Assembly (NCBI RefSeq): GCF_006345805.1
Contig: NC_043000.1
Coordinates: 4,712,001-4,776,000 of the forward strand
DNA length: 64,000 bases
Reading direction: 5' to 3'
Origin: Octopus sinensis
Taxonomy: Eukaryota
The translations under genes and the position numbers were made by a program. This document shows positions 38,783 through 48,591 of the stretch, piece after piece; the first letter of the stretch is position 1, and each line of letters begins with the position of its first letter. A model generated the notes under the pieces. It saw only the letters and a list, made by a program, of their open reading frames with translations. It was not told where the DNA came from and ran no database searches.

Positions 38783-39069
38783 AGGTATGACAGGTTAGCA
38801 TGGGAGGTAAAGAAGTTGTGGTCGATGGAAAAGGTGGTAGTGGTACCAATAATTGTCGGAGCTCTGGGAACAGTGAGTAAAAATCTTGAGAAGTACATGG
38901 AAAAAATAGGGACTGCAATAAGGGTGGAGCACTTGCAGAAAACAGCACTGCTTGGAACCGCTCGAATACTCTAGAAGGTGCTCGAAAAATAAGAGGTGTT
39001 ACCTTAATTCACTGGTAGTTAACAGCTGACACCGTAGTACACCTCCAGTGTTAGAAGCTGTGCAAAGGC
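38783..39069 (+). mobile_element. R4/Dong LINE 3' end inserted in (AAT)n
   Basis: RYDRLAWEVKKLW...VPIIVGALGTVSKNLEKY...LQKTALLGTARIL; (AAT)n on both sides. Confidence 0.9.
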
Positions 39070-39109
<40 letters not shown>

Positions 39110-40007
39110 TAATAATGATGATGATGATGATGATTTCAAATTTTGGGACAAGGCCAACAAGTTAAGGGAGGAGTTAAGTTGATAACACTACCCCCGTTAA
39201 CTTAACTGGTGCTTATTTTAGTGACCCCAAAAGGATAAAAGTCAAAGTTGACCTCGATTGAGTTTGAACTCAAAACATTAAGACGGATGAAATGCTGCTA
39301 AGCATTTAGTAAGGCATGCTAACAATTCTGCCATCTCGTAGCCATTGAGCTAATAATAATGGTGGTTTCAGATTTAGGCACAGGGTTAGTAATTTTGAAT
39401 GGAAAAGTAAGACAATACCATCGATGTCAGTACTTGAGTGACACTTTATTATCACCTGATTGTTAGTAATCTCTGACCCCTTCATTGAAAAACCACTGAC
39501 CTTGTGCCTAAATTAGAAACCAAAGTGAGACTTGTGAAAAAAAAATCCAGTTTATTAAAATTTTGTTTCTTTTTTTGATGCATAATTTTTTTATCTGTTA
39601 TCTTTGTCTTGTTTCAGTTGCTGGACTGAGGCCATGCTGGAGCACCACTTTGGAGAGTCCAGTTGAAAAAATCGACTCTATTACTTAGTTTTGAAGTCTG
39701 GTACTTACTCTGTCAGTTCCTATCGCTGAACCACTAAGTTATGGGGACATGAACAAACCAACACCAGTGACCATGCAGTGGTGCAGGGCAAATACAAACA
39801 CACACACACACACACAAACATATTAGATTATCAGATCAAATCATTTAGCTTTTCTCCCATTCATTTTAATCTTTTCTCATATTATTTACACAAAAAATAT
39901 TTTTGCCGTAGAGTTTTATGGGTTTTTTGTAGCTCCTTTTTTCCTTTACAACTTTTAACTATCATTTTTCAAATTTGAATAAATTTGACCTGTTTTCATA
40001 TATATAC

Positions 40008-40427
40008 TCTTTTACTCTTTTACTCTTTTACTTGTTTCAGTCATTTGACTGTGGCCATGCTGGAGCACCGCCTTTAGTCGAGCAAATCGACCCCGGGACT
40101 TATTCTTTGTAAGCCCAGTACTTATTCTATCGGTCTCTTTTGCCGAACCGCTAAGTAACGTGGACGTAAACACACCAGCATCAGTTGTCAAGCAATGCTG
40201 GGGGGACAAACACAGACACACAAACACATACACACACACATATATATATATACACATATATACGACAGGCTTCTTTCAGTTTCCGTCTACCAAATCCACT
40301 CACAAGGCATTGGTCGGCCCGGGGCCATAGCAGAAGACACTTGCCCAAGGTGCCACGCAGTAGGACTGAACCCGGAACCATGTGGTTGGTTAGCAAGCTA
40401 CTTACCACACAGCCACTCCTGCGCCTA
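40008..40427 (-). mobile_element. SINE family B, full length
   Basis: Head through tail. Confidence 0.92.
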
Positions 40428-40977
40428 TAGAGTGCCAAGTAGGAAAAAAAAGAAAGAATTTATCTGACAATTCAAGACAGACAAACAGAAAGATAGACAG
40501 ACAGAAAGATTTTCGAAATTCTCTTTAAGGTTGCTCAAGGTTTTGAGTATTTGTTTTTGAGAGACTCTTTGTTCCATAATTAAGATTGTTGAAAGCATAT
40601 CAAACAAACTTGTTTTGTTAAGTTAAAGATATCAGAGTGGCTGTGCGTTAAAAGCTTGCTTCCCACCCTCATGGTTTTGGGTTTATCTCCACTGCATGGC
40701 ACCTTGGGTAAGTGTCTTTTATTATAGCCTTGTGCTGATCAAATCCTTGTGAAGAAAATTGAAAGAAACCTGTCATATATACACATATATATATACCTTT
40801 TAAATTTGTGAATGGGAAACATTTTGAATATGCAAATAAAGCTTCTATTCTATTATGCTGACCACAGTCTAATGGTGCAGACTGGTGGACCAGTTTTTTG
40901 GGTTACATGTGATTTGTGGAAATGTGCATAGTGATGCGTTAAATATTTATACAATAAGTATCAGCTCAACGCTTGGG

Positions 40978-41285
40978 CTTTGTTGTTTGCTCCTTCTCGA
41001 GCCATGCCTGGTTCATAAGGGTCGGTTTCCCGGTTTCTTGGCGTATAGGTTCCTCACCTGGACGGGACGCTGGTCCATCGCAGGTGAGCTGCAAGATGCA
41101 GGAGGAAAGAGTGAGAGAAAGTTGTGGCGAAAGAGTCAGCAGAAGTTTTGCCATTACCTTCTGCCGGAGCCACATGGAGCTTAGGTGTTTCGCTCATAAA
41201 CACACACATTGCCCGGTCTGAGATTCGAACCCACGATCCCTCGACTGCGAGTCCGCTGCTCTAACCACTAGGCCATGTGCCTCCA
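40978..41285 (-). mobile_element. SINE related to family A, 11-bp TSD
   Basis: CAACGCTTGGG at 40967-40977 and 41286-41296; tRNA-like head, divergent 3' part. Confidence 0.88.
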
Positions 41286-41634
41286 CAACGCTTGGGTCAA
41301 TGTAATCGATTAATCCCCTCCCCCAAAATGGCTGCCCTTATGGCAAAATTTGAAACCATTACTAATATATATATATATGCACATGTGTTTTTGTCCCCCA
41401 CCATTGCTTGACGACCAGTGTTGGTGTGTTTACATCCCTGTAACTTAGTAATTCAGCAAAAGAACAATAGAATTAGTACCAGGCTTAAAAAGAAGGTACT
41501 GGTGTGGATTCATTCAGCCAAAATTCCTCAAGGCGGTGCCCCAGTATGGCTGCAATCTAATGACTGAAACACGTAAAATATAAAAGATATATCAATTATG
41601 TCTACAGTTTTGTTCTATGTTTAACATTGTGGAA

Positions 41635-41709
41635 AATTTAACCCATATATATTTGTCTATAATTTAACCCATATATATTTGTCTATAATTTAACCCATAT
41701 ATATTTGTT
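41635..41709. repeat. 26-bp tandem repeat, about 3 copies
   Basis: Unit AATTTAACCCATATATATTTGTCTAT. Confidence 0.9.
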
Positions 41710-42329
41710 GTTCTATTATGTTAGAGATACTGATTATGTCTTTCTGTCGACCAAATTTCATACACAAGCATTGATCCACCCCAAGGCTAAGACAGAGAAT
41801 ATTCACTGAGTTGGAACCTGATAGCATGTGATTATATAGCAAACCTCTTAACCAGACAGCTTACAGTAGACACCAGGCATTGACTTTTCTAAGTTGCACT
41901 TTTCTATGTTAAGTTAAAAGGTCAAATGTAGTAACCCAATACTGCTAGAACTAAGTTTTGGTTCAACTAAACTAATGAAATAGATATTGTTATAGAGACC
42001 AACATTTGTATTGGTATACCAGTCGGATTAATGTATGTGTTTTTGTTTCTGTCTCGTTAGCAACAGAGAAAATACCATAAACTAGGCTCGTTAACCATTG
42101 GGGAAATTAGTCTTAATATCTTAATAATTTTGGACAAATAACATAACACTATGTGCAGATTTTTTGTACCAGCATGTTGTATGTGTGTATGTGCGTGTGA
42201 GTGTATGTGTGTGTGTATGTGCGTGTGTGTGTATGTGTGTGTGCATGTGTGTGTGTGTGCGTGTGTGTATGTGTGTGTGTGTATACATATATATGTATGC
42301 ATACATATATATACATATACACACACATA

Positions 42330-42446
42330 TTTGAAAAAAATGAGTAGAAATAGCTTTTCCGATAATTTTTCCACTTTAATAATTAGGTGTTTATAAGTTT
42401 AAAGTGGAAAAATTATGAGAAAAGCCATTTCTATTCATTTTTCAAA
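42330..42446. repeat. Foldback inverted repeat (about 48-bp arms), MITE-like
   Basis: TTGAAAAAAATGAGTAGAAATAGCTTTTCC...CCACTTTAA versus TTAAAGTGG...CATTTTTCAAA. Confidence 0.8.
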
Positions 42447-42628
42447 TATATAATACTGTACCAAGGATTTTTTATATTTCTCATTTAACTCTCTCTCTCC
42501 CTCTCTCTCCCCACTCTCTCTCTCTCTCCCCACTCTCTCACTCTCTCTCTCTCTATATATATATATAAATATATATACACACACACACATACATAAACAG
42601 ATGTACATATGTATATATTATACATATA

Positions 42629-42792
42629 GGCGCAGGAGTGGCTGTGTGGTAAGTAGCTTGTTTACCAACCACATGGTTCCGGGTTCAGTCCCACTGCATG
42701 GCACCTTAGGCAAGAGTCTTCTACTCTAGCCTTGCTTGACCAAAGCCTTGTGAGTGAATTTGGTAGACGGAAACTGAAAGATGCCCGTCGTA

Positions 42793-42834
<42 letters not shown>

Positions 42835-43480
42835 AGGGTCACTCCTAAATCGTTATATATATATATATATATATATATGCATGTGTGTGTTTGTCCCCCT
42901 AGCATTGCTTGACAACAGATGCTGGTGTGTTTATGTCCCCGTTACTTAGCGGTTCGGCAAAAAGAGACCGATAGACTAAGTACTGGGCTTACAAAAGAAT
43001 AAGTCCCGGGGTCAAGTTGCTCGATTAAAGGCAGTGCTCCAGCATGGCCGCAATCAAATGACTGAAACAAGTAAAAGAGTAAAAGTGTAAAAGAGTAAAG
43101 AGTATAGGTGCAGGAGTGGCTGTGCAGTAAGAAGCTTGCTTCCCAACCACATGGTTCTGGGTTCAGTCCCACTGCATGGCATCTTAGGCAAGTGTCTTCT
43201 ACTCTAGCCTTGCTTGACCAAAGCCTTGTGAGTGGATTTGGTAGACGGAAACTGGAAGCAGCTCATCGTATATGTGTGTGTGTGCGAGTGCATGTGTGTG
43301 TGTATGTGTCCCACCATCACTTAACAACCGTTGTTGGTGTCTTTACATCCCTGTAACTTAGCAGTTTGGCAGAGAGGCTGGTAGAATAGGCTTACAAAGA
43401 ATAAGTCCTGGAGTTCATTTGTTCAACTAAAGGCGGTGCTCCAGCATGGCTGCAATCAAATGACTGAAACAAGTAAAAGA
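42629..43480 (+). mobile_element. Two tandem SINE family B copies
   Basis: Heads at 42629 and 43105, each with a tail. Confidence 0.9.
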
Positions 43481-43600
43481 ATAATATATATACATGCATA
43501 CATATATATATATATATATATCAATCAATAATAATGATAATGTCAATTATTACCAAGTAGCATAGCATTACCTTTAATTCTTTTATATACAGTTTTACAT

Positions 43601-43672
43601 AGACCTACACACGTTTCCACTGCCTCGATTAATAACCATTGCAATTGTAGCCCTACAGTTTCTTCAGAGTCT
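43601..43672 (-). ncRNA. Type I hammerhead ribozyme motif
   Basis: AGACU-CUGAAGA-AACUG...CAGUG-GAAAC-GUGU-GUA^GGUCU. Confidence 0.7.
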
Positions 43673-43853
43673 TTACTTTAATATCCTTCAATTTAACTGT
43701 TTAAAGATTATCACTTAACTACTCTGCGTTCTGTGATATAGAGTTGTTCATTAATTTAGATGCGAACTATCTTCAATTCAAGTTTTGATTGAGTAATCAC
43801 TTACAGTCCATTACTTCAAAATGTTCTGTTGTTTAAATGTTTATTACTCATTT

Positions 43854-44241
43854 GTGGAGGCGCAATGGCCCAGTGGTTAGGGCAGCAGACTTGCAGTCAT
43901 AGGATCGCGGTTTCGATTCCCAGACCGGGCGTTCTGAGTGTTTATTGAGCGAAAACACCTAAAAGCTCCACGAGGCTCCGGCAGGGATGGTGGTGATCCC
44001 TGCTGTACTCTTTCACCACAACTTTCTCTCACTCTTACTTCCTGTTTCTGTTGTACCTGTATTTCAAAGGGCCGGCCTTGTCACCCTCTGTGTCACGTTG
44101 AATATCCCCGAGAACTACGTTAAGGGTACACGTGTCTGTGGAGTGCTCAGCCACTTACACGTTAATTTCACGAGCAGGCTGTTCCGTTGATTCGGATCAA
44201 CTGGAACCCTCGTCATTGTAACCGACGGAGTGCTTCCATCC
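43854..44241 (+). mobile_element. SINE family A, full length, 11-bp TSD
   Basis: ATTACTCATTT at 43843-43853 and 44242-44252. Confidence 0.93.
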
Positions 44242-44611
44242 ATTACTCATTTATACTGAGCAAATGTGCATTGTCTCATGTGCAAGCATTTCAAAGCTTG
44301 TTCTTGTCCAACATTTATTATATTTGCTTTAGATGTAAAAATTTGGTAAAATTCTTCTAAACAAGGGTACATTTCTTAGTTCCAGGTCTGTATGATTTTG
44401 TAGTATAAATTAATTCCCAATTTATAGAATAGCCTTTAACATAAGGGGGATCAGCCATCTGAATGTGGCTAGGGTCAGGGCGGGGTGGTGGGGGTGTTAC
44501 TGATGCATTTAGCCCCAGGCGAACATCAACGTCACCAGAAGGGCTGACACCATCTCGGTGTCCTTGCCAGCCTGCAAAGGGAGATCAGCCTCCCCGAAGA
44601 TACGGATACTA

Positions 44612-44654
44612 CATACGGACCCGTTTCGAGGTTATTGCCTCTTGTCAACGTATG
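44612..44654 (-). ncRNA. Minimal type I hammerhead ribozyme, U3-A8 core variant
   Basis: CAUACG-UUGACAA-GAGG-CAAUAA-CCUC-GAAAC-GG-GUC^CGUAUG; perfect 6-bp stem I and 4-bp stem II. Confidence 0.78.
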
Positions 44655-45130
44655 GTAAGCACCGCTCTTCGTTGAGGGACTTCCTCTACAGGCTGGATAT
44701 ATAGATTTTCACAGTAACCACAGTCACTGGCGTAGAAAATCCGTTCGAAAACAATAATAAATCTCTGATTTGTTTCTGCCTTTAATAGTCCAGATTAATT
44801 TACTAAGATTTGTTTGGAATCTTTTATTTTTATCTCTAAATAAAGGAGTGGCTGTGTGGTAAGTAGCTTGCTACCAACCACATGGTTCAGGGTTCAGTCC
44901 CACCGTGTGGCACCTTGGGCAAGTGTCTTCCACTATAGCCTTGGGCTGATCAAAGCTTTGTGAGTGGATTTCATAGACAGAAACTGAAAAGAAGCCTGTT
45001 GTATATATATATATCTATATATATATATATATATATATATAACGGAATATTTTAAAGAAACACTCATTATCGCCATGGACTCTGTGTGGGCAGTCATCTA
45101 ACAGTTTTTGTTCGTCATGATGCTGACATA

Positions 45131-45233
45131 AGTTCCTTGTCTTTCCTGATGAGAAGGCGGTATAATGCACCCTTTATTCCTTCAGAATTGAGAATATGCA
45201 GTCTTCGAAACATATGTCGAGAATAAAGGAATT
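45131..45233 (+). ncRNA. Type I hammerhead ribozyme, canonical core
   Basis: UUUC-CUGAUGA-GAAGGC...GUCUUC-GAAAC-AUAU-GUC^GAGA; cleavage predicted after 45218; stem I extends by 8 bp past a 3x3 internal loop. Confidence 0.85.
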
Positions 45234-45464
45234 TTGTTAAATCATCGTTCGACTCCATTCTTTCATTTATTTATAATAAAAAATAAAAAAAACACACAAA
45301 TTTCCACACGAAAGCACGTGATTTCTGCCCTTGGCATGTAGCTTCAACCGTGTTTTCTGACGTGAATTTGCTACCCGTGTATTGGTTAACCGAATTATCC
45401 ATACTAGGATAATTCATTCAACTACTTAAACATTCATATATATATCTATATCTATATATATATA

Positions 45465-45960
45465 TCATCAATCATCATCGTCGTTTAACGTCCGTTCTCC
45501 ATGCTAGCATGGGTTGGACGGTTCGACCGGGGTTCTGGAAGCCAGAAAGCTGCACCAGGCTCCAGTCTAATTGGCATGTTCTACAGCTGGATGCCCTTCC
45601 TAACGCCAAACCACTCCGTGAGTGTAGTGGGTGCTTTTTACGTGCCACCTGCACAGGTGCCAGGCGGGGCTGGCAACGGCCACGGTCAGATGGTGTATTT
45701 TTATTGCCACCGCACGGAAAGCCAGTCGGGCGGTGCTGGCATCGGCCACGAGTCGGATAGTGCTTTTTACGTACCACCAGACCAGGGATCCTGGCTGGTT
45801 CAATCGATTTCGATTTCGCTTGCCCAACATGTCTTCACAAGCAAGGGGGTTGGCAAGGGTGCCTGTCGTACGGTCGCATGGAGTATTTTACGTGCCACGG
45901 CCACGAGTCGGATAGTGCTTTTTACGTACCACCAGACCAGAAGAATGCGTCCCATGCCGG
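45465..45960 (-). mobile_element. SINE family E with a small internal duplication
   Basis: Core and tail; GCCACGAGTCGGATAGTGCTTTTTACGTACCACCAGACCAG present twice. Confidence 0.85.
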
Positions 45961-46231
45961 GTGCGTTCCCATATATATATATATATATAATATATATATA
46001 TATGTATTGTATGGGCGTGTGTATATTTTTGTATATCTGAAGTGACCAATGGAATAAGTACTAGGCTTACAAAGAATAAGTCCTAGGATAGATTTGTTCG
46101 ACTAAAGGCAGTGTTCCAACACTGCAGCAGTCAAAATTACTGAAACAAATAAAAGAATATACAGTAGTACCTCAGTTTTCGAACAAATCTGATTGCAAAA
46201 AAATCATGCTTTATATATATATAGATAGATA

Positions 46232-46590
46232 TCATCATCATCATCATCATCATCGTTTAACGTCCGCTTTCCATGCTAGCATGGGTTGGACGGTTCAACT
46301 GGGGTCTGGCAAGCCCGAAGGCTGCACCAGGCCAGTCAGATCATGCATGGCTCAGTGATTAGAACGTCAGGCTCACAATCATGTGGTAGTGAGTTCAACT
46401 CCTGAACTGGACTGTGTATTGTGTTCTTGAGCAAGACCCTTTATTTCACATTTCTCCAGTTAACTCAGCTGTAGAAATGAGTTGCAACATCATTGATGCC
46501 AAACTGTATTAGCCTTTGCCTTTTTCTTGGATAACTTTGGTGGCATGGAGAGAGGAGACTGGTATGCATGGATAACTGCTGGTCTTCCAT
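46232..46590. mobile_element. SINE E tail (-) abutting a SINE D (+)
   Basis: Abrupt junction at about 46342. Confidence 0.8.
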
Positions 46591-46596
46591 AAATGA

Positions 46597-47763
46597 TGAA
46601 GAAATACGTGGGCCTTACAGAGGGTAATTTCAAGGCCAGGTTCAATAATCACACCTTGAGCTTTAGGCACTGGGATAAAAAGAAAACGACCAAATTATCC
46701 AGTGATATATGGTCATTAAAAGATAAAGGTGTCAGTTACAACATCCATTGGAAGATTTTAGCCAAGTGTAAGCCCTACACCAAGGCTAGTGGAAAGTGCA
46801 GTCAATGTGATATGGAAAGATGGCTCATCTGGAAAAGCAGCTTAGACCCCGCTACATCTCTGAATTCAAGAACTGAACTTTTCGAATCATGCTCATATGT
46901 GGCCAAATATTTGCTACGTTTTTGGTCCCCTGGAGATTACAGATAGAACTTGCTTTCTATATTGTGTCCACGTACAAGCTTTTTATCTCTTTATACCTTT
47001 TACTTATATTTCTTATATTTATTTATATTTTTTACACATAATTTTTCTGTATTCTACCTTCCACCCTGCATTTTCCCCGTGTATGATGTGTGCATGCATA
47101 TGAGTATGTGCATATATAGATGTGTGTGGGTATGTGCATATAAAGGCATGTGCATGCATACGGGTATGTGCGTATATAGATGTGGTTTACTCTTTGTATA
47201 CTCCCTTACACCTTCCTTCTGTATTGTTACCCTTAGCCCTGTTTTATCTTGTGCTTGTGCGTATATAGACGTGTGTATGAACCTTTATTGTGTGCGAGTG
47301 TGTGTGTGGGTTTGTGTATATATATTTAGCGAATGGTGTGGGTGAGGATGTGTACGTTTCAAGTGAGGGTGGATGAATGTATACCATTAGGCACACGCAT
47401 GTGGGTGTGCAGGCATGCATGTGTAGGTATTAACATGCGTGCTTATGCGAATACTATGAACATTTTTACTCCTTTGCCTTTACTCCCTCCCCTCACTTAC
47501 GGTCATTCAAATAGCTCTTTTGTCTTAATAACAGTCAATCACACAGTAATTTCCCTTCGTATAATGGTCATTTTTCATAGCATTTTTCCAATGGCCAGAT
47601 AACTGAAGAGATGGTGGTGTGGATTTCCACCTCGGCATGCGAAACTTAGAGTTTTATCATGGCTACCGAATAATTGTCACATATTACATTTACAGATAAA
47701 TTCCTCTATTTACATTACATCGAGGTCTCTTTCATTCTTTTGTTGTCTTACTATTTTTACCAA

Positions 47764-47765
<2 letters not shown>
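46597..47765 (+). mobile_element. Penelope-like element 3' part: GIY-YIG C-terminal ORF (to 46946), 3' UTR and terminal repeat
   Basis: KYVGLTEGNFKARFNNHTLSF...LSSDIWSLK...WKILAKCKPY...KCSQCDMERWLI...LNSRTELFESC; ends at (AT)n. Confidence 0.88.
47592..47665 (+). ncRNA. Type I hammerhead ribozyme motif in the Penelope 3' terminal repeat
   Basis: GCCA-GAUAA-CUGAAGA-G-AUG-GUGG...CCAC...CAU-G-C-GAAAC-UUAGA-GUU^UUAUC-A-UGGC. Confidence 0.75.
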
Positions 47766-47800
<35 letters not shown>

Positions 47801-48036
47801 CATACTACACTTGCACTCAGTTAAGAGGTCTTATCCTGCAAGCTACTTGGTGACCTCACTAGTGCTGGTGCAATGGAAAAAGCACTCAGTATACTCTGTA
47901 AAGAAGTGGTGTTAGGAAGGGCATCCAGCTGTAGAAACCATGCCAAAGCAGATATTGGAGCTTGACAGTTCTCTAGCTCAGCAGATTCTATTCAGCAGCT
48001 CTCCAACCTATGTCAGCATGGAAGACAGATATGATG

Positions 48037-48079
<43 letters not shown>

Positions 48080-48385
48080 TTATGCTTGTCATCTGCAATG
48101 TAAGTCAACTTACATATTAATTTAATAGAGATTTAAATTGCATTCATAGTTCTTTCAGGTAATTACATATTCCCTGACACAAATTGCTCTTCATCCTGCA
48201 TTAAGAAAAGCTCTTTTAAAGTCCACACAAAGGAATTTGGACATGTATCTCTCGGTAAAAATAAGTTCATTCTTTTGGCTTAATATTGGAAAAGGGTGAC
48301 TAATAATATGAAGTTTCTCGGTGTGACATATGCAACAGTAAGTTAATTCATCTGTGAATGATGGTGTTATATCTAGTATTGATGA

Positions 48386-48591
48386 AATATTGTTACCAGT
48401 TCAAATATGCTTGTGGTACGTTTGAACTTGTAAGACAGGCATTCACTGTGCTTTGTCGTGAAGAACATTTCTTATTATAGACAAATGGTGTGTAAAATTA
48501 GCACACAGCAAAATCAGCTGACAAAACGCAGTGAATGGCTTTCTTACGAGTTTGAACGTGCCACAAGCATATTTAGATTAGTAATAACATT
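48386..48591 (+). repeat. Imperfect inverted repeat (72-bp arms, 62-nt loop) in otherwise unique DNA
   Basis: 48403-48457 pairs with 48520-48574: 47 Watson-Crick, 5 G.U, 3 mismatches. Confidence 0.88.

Noticed and set aside
43857-43930. SINE heads as functional tRNA genes
   Set aside because: Imperfect cloverleaf followed by a SINE body and flanked by TSDs
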